A stretch of 64,000 bases of DNA, taken from positions 1-64,000 of the IMG/VR virus record IMGVR_UViG_2593339199_000003. The stretch is one strand, 5' to 3'. This DNA is from a virus (Duplodnaviria > Caudoviricetes). Position numbers and translations under genes: made by a program. Positions within the stretch are counted from its first letter, which is position 1. Each line of letters begins with the position of its first letter. The notes under the pieces are model-generated. The model had not been told where the DNA came from. It worked only from the letters and a program-made list of their open reading frames with translations, and made no database searches. Shown here piece after piece: positions 8,508 through 17,805 of this stretch.

Positions 8508-8707
8508 TTCTTTCTGTTTTGCTTGCGCGCCTGTTTGGCAGCTTTAGCTTTGGTCCGGCGCTTGTCTTTGTCTTTCGGCTTGGCCGGCGCGGCGACAACG
8601 GTGTAATGCTTTTGAAACGTGTTCCATTCGCGTTGAAGATCAGCTTTGACCTTCGGATCTTCTTGCATATCGATCAATTCTTGAATCTTCTCTGGATTTG
8701 CATTCAT
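8504..8707 (-). CDS. Small protein with basic C-terminal tail
   Basis: AGGAGAGG RBS; ends KRRTKAKAAKQARKQNRKK. Confidence 0.65.
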   Translation of the reverse strand: MNANPEKIQELIDMQEDPKVKADLQREWNTFQKHYTVVAAPAKPKDKDKRRTKAKAAKQARKQNRKK

Positions 8708-8730
8708 GGAAACCTCTCCTCTTCTTTGGC

Positions 8731-10050
8731 TTATTCGTCGAGCAAAATCTTATGGCGCCAGGTGATGCCCTTCTCATTGACGCCGAAGAACCACTGGCTT
8801 GGCCGGCTGCTGGTGTGCAGCGTGTTGATGCTGAAGGTGCTGCCTCCGACCATCGTGCCGTTTAGGATCTTCTCCCCGCCGGGAGAATCGATGTCGGCTG
8901 GATTGTGATGGTGGCCCAGGCACATGTACTTGTAATACTTGCCGTGTGCCGAAAGCATCTTGGTCAGACGCGAGTCGGCACGGTCGATGCCGTAGTACGG
9001 CAGGCCGTTCCATCCTTTGATCGTGTCGCCATGCAGGAACAAGAATTTGTTGCCCATGATGTCCACAATGACCCAGTTGCTGATCGGGATGTTGAAGATG
9101 ATGCGCTCCTTGTAGTTGCCGAGCATGATCTCCAGAAACCGGTACATCAGGTAGTCCCAGTTGATGTGGCTCGGGTTCTCTCCCTTGCGGCCGATGCGCC
9201 CGTGGTTGCCGACGATGCCGGTGATCTCAATCGTCTCGAACTGGTCGAGCATCTCGATCAAGCCTTTGGCGATCTCCTGACAGCCAAGCAGCACTTGATC
9301 GGTAACGAATAGGTCCAGATGATGTTCCTGACCGCGGTAGATGTTGATGCCATCCACGTTGTCGCCCAGCATGCCGAAGTGCAGCTTCTTAATCTTTCCG
9401 TCCACGCCCTGGCGCTTCGCAATCCGGCGAACCTCTTTCGTCAGATAATCGAAGCGGGCCTGGAAGATGGCGAAGTTGTACTCGCCAATGCCATTCGTCT
9501 CGGCCAGCGTAATTTCCTCACCGATCTGCGCATCCGAGAATAGAAGCAAGGCTTCTTCCTCTGCGCGTTCGGTGCCGACCGGCGTCGGCTGCTTGATGTC
9601 TACGAAAGGCAAGGTGGCAATGGAGTCCCGCAGCGTGTCGATGATGAGCTCGGTTTGGGCGCGCTCTTTGATCAGCTTCTTCAACAGCTTCTCGTCACGC
9701 TCTTTGCGAGCCTTCTCTTTGGCGGCCTGCATCAATTCCTTGAAATCCGGATCAGGATCTCCGGTGATGGCCGCATTGGCCTCCTCGTCTACCGTAGCCG
9801 CATAGGCTTCCACTGTGGCCCTGAAGTTCGATTGATCTTCGCTGATGGCTGTCTGCAGCTTCAGCTGCGCGACTGCAACGCTCTGATATCGCTTCAGGTA
9901 CTTACGAAGCACTTCGTGATCAACCTTCTCGCCAAACTTGGTTTGGATTTTTTCGCAAAGCTCCTTATAGGTAAAAGCGCTTTTGAGCTCGTACGCATAA
10001 GAAAGAATCTCCTGGTATTGTGGCGTGCTCCATTTACTCAAGATGTTCAC
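8731..10050 (-). CDS. Calcineurin-like metallophosphoesterase with N-terminal HTH and coiled coil
   Basis: FSDAQIG, LGDNVDG, VGNHGR, LHGD, GHHH motifs. Confidence 0.85.
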   Translation of the reverse strand: MNILSKWSTPQYQEILSYAYELKSAFTYKELCEKIQTKFGEKVDHEVLRKYLKRYQSVAVAQLKLQTAISEDQSNFRATVEAYAATVDEEANAAITGDPDPDFKELMQAAKEKARKERDEKLLKKLIKERAQTELIIDTLRDSIATLPFVDIKQPTPVGTERAEEEALLLFSDAQIGEEITLAETNGIGEYNFAIFQARFDYLTKEVRRIAKRQGVDGKIKKLHFGMLGDNVDGINIYRGQEHHLDLFVTDQVLLGCQEIAKGLIEMLDQFETIEITGIVGNHGRIGRKGENPSHINWDYLMYRFLEIMLGNYKERIIFNIPISNWVIVDIMGNKFLFLHGDTIKGWNGLPYYGIDRADSRLTKMLSAHGKYYKYMCLGHHHNPADIDSPGGEKILNGTMVGGSTFSINTLHTSSRPSQWFFGVNEKGITWRHKILLDE

Positions 10051-10081
10051 CCCTGGTCCTTGTCTTATGGCCGCTCAGCGT

Positions 10082-10381
10082 TTACCTCTCCTCGGGAAAA
10101 CGTTGATTCATTTCAACAACCCATTCCTCGAACATGTCTTTGGCAGCAGGACCGAGTGAAAGAGCTAGATCAATCAGGGCACACATGGCTTCCTTGGGGC
10201 GATGCGCTATGATCTGGTTGTACCAGAAGGTGTCGATGTAGCCGTCCTTCAATTCAACCTCATAGCGCAGCTGCCGGTTGTCAGCCTTGCGAACGACACC
10301 GATCTTGTTCTCGCATGGAGAAAGCGGATCTACGATCTGTACGATGTCGCCGATTTTGTATTTGTAGAAGTTTTTGGCCAT
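10082..10381 (-). CDS. KOW/SH3-like plus IDEAL-domain protein
   Basis: YKIGDIVQI N-terminus; LIDLALSLG..KDMFEEW C-terminus; GAGGTG RBS. Confidence 0.6.
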   Translation of the reverse strand: MAKNFYKYKIGDIVQIVDPLSPCENKIGVVRKADNRQLRYEVELKDGYIDTFWYNQIIAHRPKEAMCALIDLALSLGPAAKDMFEEWVVEMNQRFPEER

Positions 10382-10495
10382 AAGGATCACCTCATAGATG
10401 ATTTCCCCTAACCCCCCTTGCGGCCGCCCCTCTTGATCTCCTGGAGCGCTGCTAGTGATGAAGCTCACTCGCATCGCTCCTATTTCTGATGTCGA

Positions 10496-11296
10496 TTACA
10501 CGCTTACTTTGCGGTCAATACGCGCATCCAAAATCGTATTCAGGAACAACAGGTCTGCGGGCGTCAGCTTCTCCTCTTTGACTTTCGCCACCCAAATCGA
10601 ATCGATCTGGCCCTTCTTGTTCGAATCGGTCATGACGGTCAACAACATAGCCCACTGCCATTTTTCGTACTTCAACGGTTCATACATATCCTCTTCCTCC
10701 TTGCCATAGTTTTTGTTCAAGCATGCGTGATACTCGAGTACGATGTCTTTGCGCAGCTGGTCATACGTCTTGCCATACCGCTTCAAAGCATTGACCGGAT
10801 CGGTCTTGCGGGCGGGATCCAGCTGGAAGTGCCCAGCGAATGCAGTTGGCGGGAAGTTAAGCTTCCAGGCCGCATAGGCTTGCACCCATACATAGCGCTT
10901 GTAGGCTTCTTCGAAGTCGATGCCGTCGCCGAAGCAAAGCTCCACGCCAATGGCGCCGTCGTTCGCGTCTTCACCAAACATCGCATTGTCCGTCTTTACG
11001 TTATACAAGACGTGACAAGCCTTCTCTGGAGCTGCTGTCAGCATCGGCACGCACTCGATAATGTGCTTGTCATCCACGAAGATGTGCGCTGCAGGATAGT
11101 TGCCCTTTGCCGTACGCTCGTAAAAATCGACGTTGTTTTGTGCGGTCGATCCTGCATTGCCAGTATCGTGGTTGACGCCGAATCGAACCTGCCCTTTCGG
11201 AATCAGAACCTTTTGACGGCGCTGTTCCTCTACACCAGCGTAATGTGTAAGGTACTGGGGCTCGATCTTGTACTTCATTAAGAATGTGTCGCTCAT
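10496..11296 (-). CDS. N-acetylmuramoyl-L-alanine amidase (Amidase_2), probable endolysin
   Basis: NHDTGN, AHIFVDD, AIGVELC, GHFQLDPARKTDP. Confidence 0.9.
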   Translation of the reverse strand: MSDTFLMKYKIEPQYLTHYAGVEEQRRQKVLIPKGQVRFGVNHDTGNAGSTAQNNVDFYERTAKGNYPAAHIFVDDKHIIECVPMLTAAPEKACHVLYNVKTDNAMFGEDANDGAIGVELCFGDGIDFEEAYKRYVWVQAYAAWKLNFPPTAFAGHFQLDPARKTDPVNALKRYGKTYDQLRKDIVLEYHACLNKNYGKEEEDMYEPLKYEKWQWAMLLTVMTDSNKKGQIDSIWVAKVKEEKLTPADLLFLNTILDARIDRKVSV

Positions 11297-11382
11297 GTGA
11301 CTTATCACCTCGTTTGATTGGATTCACACCGCCGCTCAGCGGTATGTATGGATTGCTTGGTCCCTGAGCGGTTCCAACATAT

Positions 11383-11400
11383 ATTGTAATGCATTACAAT
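11383..11400. promoter_or_regulatory. Palindromic operator, amidase promoter
   Basis: Perfect 18-bp ATTGTAATGCATTACAAT just downstream of minus-strand TGnTATACT. Confidence 0.8.
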
Positions 11401-11435
11401 TTCTATCTTAGTATATCACAAGTATTCTCCATTTT

Positions 11436-11885
11436 TTAAGTCCTATTGTAGATTTTCATATTTGCCGCATTTAGGTCGATTGTGGCCCGGATTAAGTTCT
11501 CCTCCCGCAGCAGCTCGACATTCTGGTCGATGATGCGGGAGTCCTCATAGCTGGTGCCATTGATCGTCAACGTAAACGTCGCGCCCCAGGTCAGCATGTA
11601 AAAAGAATCGATCTCGCGATTGCTTTTCAGCAGTAGTTCGATGGTGTACTCCACGCCGGTCGGGCGGCTGCGCGTGAATCCAGCTGGCTCTACCCCGTCC
11701 ATGGCAGTCGGCTCATACTGCCGATGCAAAGTGGTCTTGATGACACGGCCAATCAGCTGACGCGCATGCGAAAGCGTAGCGATCGTGACCCAGTAATAGC
11801 CTTCAGGCGGCTCATCTTCCCAATGTGTAAAGACATGCCGCTTCTCGACGTCAAGCTCCAAGATATACTGCTGCAGCAGTTCCAT
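11436..11885 (-). CDS. Hypothetical protein with MEL-tag (MELLQQYI)
   Basis: TAATG coupling to upstream gene; 149 aa. Confidence 0.75.
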   Translation of the reverse strand: MELLQQYILELDVEKRHVFTHWEDEPPEGYYWVTIATLSHARQLIGRVIKTTLHRQYEPTAMDGVEPAGFTRSRPTGVEYTIELLLKSNREIDSFYMLTWGATFTLTINGTSYEDSRIIDQNVELLREENLIRATIDLNAANMKIYNRT

Positions 11886-12235
11886 TATTCATCACCCCGA
11901 TCTTCCTTACATACGAATTGAAAAAAGAGTTTCTCCGCCGGTGGCATGGCGTTTACAATTTCATGACTCACAATTTTGTAGGCCCTTACATTCTGGTATC
12001 CATCCTCAGTCAGCAGCATGATCAGCCGCTCCCGCCATTTCGGGGCGTCCCGCTCCACGGACTCCCATACCCACTTTTCGATTTGGATCACGCCCTGCTG
12101 ATAGCCCATGTATGTAGGATGCGGCTTGAGGATCAGGGTTTCGCAGTTCATTTCTTTGACCTGCTTATTGGTGTCGGCAATCCAAAGGCGGAATCGAGTG
12201 ATCTGATTGGTTAAATAAGCATCCATCAGTTCCAA
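11885..12235 (-). CDS. Hypothetical protein with MEL-tag (TTG start, MELMDAYL)
   Basis: GGAGAGG 9 nt before TTG 12235. Confidence 0.7.
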   Translation of the reverse strand: MELMDAYLTNQITRFRLWIADTNKQVKEMNCETLILKPHPTYMGYQQGVIQIEKWVWESVERDAPKWRERLIMLLTEDGYQNVRAYKIVSHEIVNAMPPAEKLFFQFVCKEDRGDE

Positions 12236-12283
12236 GTCCATCTTCCTCTCCGTAAATATCCCCAAAAAAGGGGCGGCATGTTT

Positions 12284-12619
12284 TTAGCAAACAAGCCGCA
12301 CATCATGGCGCGAGATCTCGATGAGGTCCGAGATGAACGCACAGTATTTGCCCGAGTCCGTTGCGTCCTGCATTGCCCGTCCGAAGGCATCCGGATCGGT
12401 GCTCACGCTCGCATTGGCCAGCGCCTGGTTCATGACGCTAGTTTCCCGGTTCAATTGCTCGATCAACCACCAGGTTGGCGACGTCATCCAGCTATAATCT
12501 TGCGCGAGCGGCCCCTCACCAAGCCGTTCGATGAACCAGTGCAGCTCCGGGCGTGGACTGCGCTGTTCGCATTGTTTCAACGTTTCGGCAAGCTCGTAAT
12601 TGACCAGCAGGATACTCAT
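12284..12619 (-). CDS. Hypothetical protein (MSILLVNY, weak tag variant)
   Basis: GAGGGA RBS; 111 aa. Confidence 0.6.
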   Translation of the reverse strand: MSILLVNYELAETLKQCEQRSPRPELHWFIERLGEGPLAQDYSWMTSPTWWLIEQLNRETSVMNQALANASVSTDPDAFGRAMQDATDSGKYCAFISDLIEISRHDVRLVC

Positions 12620-12645
12620 GGTTCATCCCTCATTCTCATAAAATA

Positions 12646-12659
12646 AGATCATATGTTCG
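12646..12659. promoter_or_regulatory. Possible LexA/DinR box
   Basis: CGAACATATGATCT on minus strand, one core mismatch, in AT-rich promoter region. Confidence 0.45.
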
Positions 12660-12802
12660 TATTTTGTTCTCTTATTATCGCTCATGCTGGCCAAAAAGTG
12701 AAGTGTTGACATTTTCTATTCTTCTATCATCGGCAAAAAAGCCGCGATATTAAAGGAGTACTCCCAAGGAGGAAGCCGAAAATGCCCCACGCTTCCTAAG
12801 CA

Positions 12803-15800
12803 TTAAGCGAAATCCACTTCCCAGTTTTCTATGGCCTGCGTGACGTAGGTGATCTTGTCAGCCAGCAGGTCCATCTTGGATTTGTTGCCGCGGATCTGAA
12901 CCTTACGACCCACCTGCAGGTCGGCGTAATGGTCTTTCCACAGCTTATTGAAGACCATGACGTTCACTTCATCCTCGGCCGTCTCGATCATGATGCGGCA
13001 ATGTTCGGTGCCCGTCTTCTTCGCCTTGAACGGCTCGACCTTCTGTACGATACCGGTCATCGAGACATCCTCTTTGCCGTCCGGGATCATCTCCCAGCGC
13101 GACTTCACGGACACACTCGCACCCAGGTATTCTTTCTCGAAGGCGAGAATGTCCCGCTTCATCGTCTTGGCTGGGATGTCCTCATACGCCTCGCCGCGGC
13201 TGCCGATGTACGTCCGCCAGTGCAGGTAGCGGTTTGGGTTCATCGTGCTGTCGAAGCAGCCTGACTTAATTAGCGCCTCAACCTTCGTCTTATTAACCTT
13301 CGAGCGGTTCACTTGGAACAACATGTGCTCCAGATTGTCATACGGCCGCTTGTTGGTGATCTCAATCACAGAGTCGCCGCTGATGCCGGCGATACTACCG
13401 AGGCCGTAGCGGATCAGACCCTTCCCTTTCATGTTCGGATCCGTATTCGGAATCGGTGTCCACGAAGCGTTGGACTGGTTGATGTCGGGCGGCAGGATAC
13501 GGATGCCCATTTCCTCGCATTCATGCATGTAGCCTACCGACTTTGGATTCCCGTTCTTGTCCTTCTTGCCCTCCGAAATGGTCAGCAGAGCGGCCATAAA
13601 CTCGGTTGGGTAATAACACTTAAGAAATGCGGTTTGGACGGAGAGTACGGCGTAGCAGGCGCTGTGAGCGTAGTTGAAGCAGTATTCACCGAACTTGATC
13701 CATTGCTCCTTGATGCGGAGCAGCGTTGCTTCGTCATAGCCGCGGCTAAGTGCTCCTGGAATGTTATCTGGCGCTTCTTCTGCATAGTCGTAGTCCACCC
13801 AAACAGTCGGCTTGCCTTCGGCATCGACCGGGATTGTTTCCTGCGTTGGATATTGCGCGATGCGCTGCTGCTGCATCTCTTTGTACGCCGCGGATCCGTA
13901 AATCATTAGGTCAATCCAGCGGTTCATGATGTCGTGCTTCTTTTTCGAGATCCCTTTACGCAACATGTCGGATTGGCCAGTCGTGAAGCCGCCCATAATA
14001 ACGGACGCTTTCATGATCTGCTCTTGATAGACCCAAACGCCATAGGTACCTTCGAGCACTTCCTGTAGCTGCGGGAATGGATACGTGACCCGCTCCTGTC
14101 CCCACTTACGGCGAACATAGGATGGGATCAGATCCATCGGGCCCGGCCGGCCGAGTGCCACGATAACCGAAATATCTTGCACGCTGTTCGGTTTCATGTC
14201 CGAAATGATTTTTCGATATAGGTCGGATTCGACCTGGAAGATACCGGAGAGATTCAAGGTATTGTAGATCTCGCTGTAAATCCTCGGATCGTTCAAGTCA
14301 ATTGCGTCTATATCGAAATTGATGAGCCCTGCATTTTCCATCGTCAGTTTAATAAGGTCAAGTGTGTCAAGCTTCAGGATGTCGAACTTGACCAGGAACT
14401 TCTCGATCCATTCCATGTCGTACATGGTGGTCGTGAGCCCCTCTTTATCCTTTCGGAGCGGGACTGTCTTGGTCAGCGGGATTGGCGAGAGCACGATGCC
14501 GCCGGCATGAACACCTTCCTGGTTGACATGACCTTCGAGCTTCAGCGCAGTTTCCCACCATTGCGGCCACATATTCGCATAGTGCTGAACGGCCTGCTCA
14601 GCAGCATGGGCCTCCGAAAGCTCGATGCCGGGCTTCTCTGGGATCGACTTTGCAAATACGTCCTGATCGGTCAGGCTGTAGCCCAGCGTCTTGCCGACCT
14701 TCCGGATGACCGCGCGTGCGGCCAACGTGCCATAGGTGCCAATCTGCGCGACGCGATCGGCGCCGTACTTCTGTTTCATGTACTCTTGGACGGCCTTTGC
14801 GCCCTCATAGGAGAAGTCCACGTCGATGTCCGGATAGCCGGCGCGCTCCGGATTCAGGAAGCGCTCGAACATGAGGTTCCATTCAATCGGATCGAGCGTT
14901 GTGATCTTGATCAGGTACGCCACAAGGCTGCCGGCTGCAGAGCCGCGACCCGGGCCGACGCGGTAGCCGTTGCGCTTCGCCCACTGGATGTAATCCGATA
15001 CGATCAGGAAGTAATCGGCGAAGCCCTGCTTGCAGATGATCTCCAGCTCATACTTCAGCTGCCGGGCGTATTGCTCTAGGTTGATTGGCTTCTTAAGCGC
15101 ATAGGTGAACAGCTCGTTCCACGCTTGCTTCTCCAGCTGCAGCTCTGCAGTGTCGCCCTCCTCGATCGTATACCGCGGGAATACTTGCGTCTTTGGCAGG
15201 TCCACATTGACGAGCTCGGCGATTTTGTGCGTGTTGGCGATCGCTTCGTCGTCGTTGACGATCTCCCGGATCTCCTGTTCGTCCTTCATCCAGAACTCGT
15301 GGGCATAGATGAGTCGGTCCTCGTCAGACACGCATTTGCCGATCGAAGCAGCCACGAGAACATCATGCGTCACGTTGTCTTCCTTGTAGGCGTAATGCAC
15401 GTCCGTCGTGACGATCTTCGGGGTGTTCGTCTCCGCAGCGAGCTGGTCAATCAGCGCGTTTAATCTAAGCTGGTCGGGGATTCGGGTTGCTTGCTTTTCG
15501 AGGTAAAACGAGTGAAACGTTTCTTTGCATTCTTGAATGAATGCTCGAGCATCCTCCAGACGCCCAGCAAGAGCCAGCCGACTGAACCAAGAACCCAGGC
15601 AAGCAGAAGTAGCAATGAGATCAGCACCCAAATTACGTTCACGAATAAAAGCAAGATCAGTGCGAGGATCGGAATAGAAACCGTTAAGATGAGCGTCTGA
15701 AACAATTTCATAGAGATCTTCCAGCCCCTTATTATTTATTGCGATCAATACCAGATGGTAGTTGTCGTACTGCAGGTAATCGTAGATATCCTCACGGAAT

Positions 15801-16279
15801 TGATCCAGCGTGTTGAGCTTCTCTTCCGGAGCGGCGTTTTCTGCCATGCTGAACAGGTCGAGTTGGCCATCACCAACCGGAGCAGCCATTTCAAGACCGT
15901 CTTCTTTCATGAGCAGTTCCGCCAGCAACTGACGGGCCATGACCTCGAAGTCCTGCGGGTTGCGTTCAATATGCTTGATGAATTGCTTGAGCGGCTTATC
16001 CTTGACGGCATACTTGTCCATCAAGGCGGTGCGCTTCTCTTTCATGAAATCGCCTTTCAGCAGGCGATCCTTTGTCATATAAGCCTCGCAGCCGGGAATG
16101 GGCTTGATGCCCTCTTTCTTGCAGGCCTTTATAAAACCAGGAATGGCACCGCACACACCGTGGTCGGTGATAGCTAGTGCCATGCTCCCGAGTTCTTTGG
16201 CCCGCTTCGCAAGCGTAGTGACTTGAGACAAGCCATCCAGCTGCGAAAATTCGCTATGCACATGAAGATGCACACACAT
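12803..16279 (-). CDS. dnaE: DNA polymerase III alpha subunit (DnaE type)
   Basis: PHP HLHVHSEFSQLDG and AITDHG; GPGRGSAAGSL; PDIDVDF; KFDIL; FNYAHSACY; C-terminal OB fold. AAAGGAG RBS before 16279. Confidence 0.97.
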   Translation of the reverse strand: MCVHLHVHSEFSQLDGLSQVTTLAKRAKELGSMALAITDHGVCGAIPGFIKACKKEGIKPIPGCEAYMTKDRLLKGDFMKEKRTALMDKYAVKDKPLKQFIKHIERNPQDFEVMARQLLAELLMKEDGLEMAAPVGDGQLDLFSMAENAAPEEKLNTLDQFREDIYDYLQYDNYHLVLIAINNKGLEDLYEIVSDAHLNGFYSDPRTDLAFIRERNLGADLIATSACLGSWFSRLALAGRLEDARAFIQECKETFHSFYLEKQATRIPDQLRLNALIDQLAAETNTPKIVTTDVHYAYKEDNVTHDVLVAASIGKCVSDEDRLIYAHEFWMKDEQEIREIVNDDEAIANTHKIAELVNVDLPKTQVFPRYTIEEGDTAELQLEKQAWNELFTYALKKPINLEQYARQLKYELEIICKQGFADYFLIVSDYIQWAKRNGYRVGPGRGSAAGSLVAYLIKITTLDPIEWNLMFERFLNPERAGYPDIDVDFSYEGAKAVQEYMKQKYGADRVAQIGTYGTLAARAVIRKVGKTLGYSLTDQDVFAKSIPEKPGIELSEAHAAEQAVQHYANMWPQWWETALKLEGHVNQEGVHAGGIVLSPIPLTKTVPLRKDKEGLTTTMYDMEWIEKFLVKFDILKLDTLDLIKLTMENAGLINFDIDAIDLNDPRIYSEIYNTLNLSGIFQVESDLYRKIISDMKPNSVQDISVIVALGRPGPMDLIPSYVRRKWGQERVTYPFPQLQEVLEGTYGVWVYQEQIMKASVIMGGFTTGQSDMLRKGISKKKHDIMNRWIDLMIYGSAAYKEMQQQRIAQYPTQETIPVDAEGKPTVWVDYDYAEEAPDNIPGALSRGYDEATLLRIKEQWIKFGEYCFNYAHSACYAVLSVQTAFLKCYYPTEFMAALLTISEGKKDKNGNPKSVGYMHECEEMGIRILPPDINQSNASWTPIPNTDPNMKGKGLIRYGLGSIAGISGDSVIEITNKRPYDNLEHMLFQVNRSKVNKTKVEALIKSGCFDSTMNPNRYLHWRTYIGSRGEAYEDIPAKTMKRDILAFEKEYLGASVSVKSRWEMIPDGKEDVSMTGIVQKVEPFKAKKTGTEHCRIMIETAEDEVNVMVFNKLWKDHYADLQVGRKVQIRGNKSKMDLLADKITYVTQAIENWEVDFA
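15460..15711 (-). CDS. Overprinted 83-aa membrane protein inside dnaE (same strand, +1 frame)
   Basis: About 50 hydrophobic residues plus K/R tail; dnaE third positions switch to T over this span; AAGGGG/GGAAG upstream. Confidence 0.7.
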   Translation of the reverse strand: MKLFQTLILTVSIPILALILLLFVNVIWVLISLLLLLAWVLGSVGWLLLGVWRMLEHSFKNAKKRFTRFTSKSKQPESPTSLD

Positions 16280-16292
16280 GAGCCCGTCTCCT

Positions 16293-16610
16293 TTATTGCT
16301 CCGAGCTGCCCTCACCGATCAGCTCAAGAGTTTTGATTTCACCGATCGACGCAGAATCGTACTTCGCTCTTGCCCGGTCCAGGCGGCTGATAATCGTGCT
16401 GGTTTGCACGGCCGAGCCGATGATGATCGTTCCCTTTTGGTCGGAAGACACGATCACAGAGCGCGTTTTCTTGCCTTGCGTCAGGTCAATGTAGCGGCCT
16501 TCCTCTTTGGCCTTTTGAGCCATCCGACGAATCGGAGAAGAATCCGGCCGGCTAATTGTCACGATTTTGTTTGCTTCAACGTAGTTAGAAAATCCAACGT
16601 CAACGTACAT
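16293..16610 (-). CDS. remA: RemA-like (DUF370) extracellular matrix/biofilm regulator
   Basis: VGFSNYVEANKIVTISRPDSSPIRR..IDLTQGKKTRSVIV..IIGSAVQTSTIISRL. Confidence 0.88.
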   Translation of the reverse strand: MYVDVGFSNYVEANKIVTISRPDSSPIRRMAQKAKEEGRYIDLTQGKKTRSVIVSSDQKGTIIIGSAVQTSTIISRLDRARAKYDSASIGEIKTLELIGEGSSEQ

Positions 16611-17499
16611 CTAAATCCATCCACCTTTGCATGTTGTGATTTGTTGTATTGCGTTCTGTCACTTCGCGCACCAGATCTCCGTTGGTGTCGCCCTTAATCA
16701 CATCAGGGATGGGAAGGCCATTTTGAATCGCGTGCAGAATGGTCAGCACGTCCTGGTAGATCGGACTGCCGAATTGGAAGGGGATCGGATACCGAACTTG
16801 TCCATCATTTTTACGGGAGTCACCGTGGCAGTAGAAGTTGTAGTTGCACTGCGCGCATTTGTAAAAGCTTGGCGTGTGCCCCTTCGGGATCTCCGGCAGC
16901 CGGCGTTCTTTCGCCAGTTGGATCAGCGTCCGAGCTTTTTCCATGAGCTGCTCGCCGAACCGCGGATCGTAGTCCAGATGATGTTCCCAAACTTCCTGCG
17001 TGTCTTTGTTCTCCACGAAGATGATGCCTTTTCGGACGTCCAGGTTCAGCATGGTCTGTGCGAGATACAGATAGAACGTCAGCTGCGCTTTATGCTCGGC
17101 TTTCGGCGAGTTGTTCTTTTGCATCCACTCGAAGCTTTTGCTGAAGGCGCTCTTAAGCTCGATCAGATAATACTCGCCAAACGGATTCATGAAGCTTTGG
17201 ATCTTGACCAACGCGTCCGTGTGGCCGCTGATGTCTTCGTTCTCCAGCTTCATCTCCGCTTGAACCAAGATTCCCATATCCTTGAACAGCTTCTCATACC
17301 GATGGTGCATGCTGTGACCATTCTCAAAGATGCGAACGAGCTGAGATTCATGTGGCTTATAAGGAACCATGAGCATGTCGAACACGATCCTGCGTTGGCA
17401 CATACCGATCGTTGAAGGATGAAACTTCCGCATCGGGCGGGTATCATGTTTGAGCTTTTCGCTATAATAGCTGTTGATCATGGCTTCTAATAATTCCAA
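16600..17499 (-). CDS. Cas4-like PD-(D/E)XK exonuclease with Fe-S cysteines
   Basis: PSTIGMCQR, GHSMH, GHTD, IELKS, QLTFY, CAQCNYNFYC; GGAGG 8 nt before TTG 17499. Confidence 0.85.
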   Translation of the reverse strand: MELLEAMINSYYSEKLKHDTRPMRKFHPSTIGMCQRRIVFDMLMVPYKPHESQLVRIFENGHSMHHRYEKLFKDMGILVQAEMKLENEDISGHTDALVKIQSFMNPFGEYYLIELKSAFSKSFEWMQKNNSPKAEHKAQLTFYLYLAQTMLNLDVRKGIIFVENKDTQEVWEHHLDYDPRFGEQLMEKARTLIQLAKERRLPEIPKGHTPSFYKCAQCNYNFYCHGDSRKNDGQVRYPIPFQFGSPIYQDVLTILHAIQNGLPIPDVIKGDTNGDLVREVTERNTTNHNMQRWMDLDVR

Positions 17500-17512
17500 C
17501 GGTTGAACCTCC

Positions 17513-17536
17513 AATAATGTAATGCATTACATTATT
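17513..17536. promoter_or_regulatory. Palindromic operator at a sigma-A promoter for cas4-like/remA/dnaE
   Basis: Perfect 24-bp AATAATGTAATGCATTACATTATT directly after minus-strand TTGATT-17-TATAAT. Confidence 0.85.
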
Positions 17537-17583
17537 TATTATAACCTTGTAAAACCTAGAAATCAAGAGAAAACGGGAGATAA

Positions 17584-17805
17584 CTAAAGTTTATACTCCC
17601 TTTTAACCCGCTTCAAAGTTGTTTCATCGCACAGTTCCATGGAGTCGTACCAGTCAAACGGAAAAACCACGTTGCCGACTTCGACCCAGTAATCATTTTG
17701 TACAACCTTATCCAGCAAAACCGGATTCACGTCAGTGATATGTACCTCCGGTCCAGGTGTCGTGCATACAACTGCGATGATTTCAGGATTCGTTATCGTA
17801 TCCAT
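17584..17805 (-). CDS. Hypothetical protein
   Basis: AGGGAG RBS; MDTITNPEII.. Confidence 0.55.
   Translation of the reverse strand: MDTITNPEIIAVVCTTPGPEVHITDVNPVLLDKVVQNDYWVEVGNVVFPFDWYDSMELCDETTLKRVKREYKL

Noticed and set aside
10070-11341. GCCGCTCAGCG repeated at 10070 and 11331
   Set aside because: Only two 11-bp copies; could be chance.
16600-17499. CRISPR-Cas system suggested by the Cas4-like gene
   Set aside because: No repeat-spacer array or other cas genes; solo Cas4-like nucleases are common in phages.
17513-17536. Palindrome as a CcpA cre site
   Set aside because: cre needs a central CG; all strong copies here have central GC.
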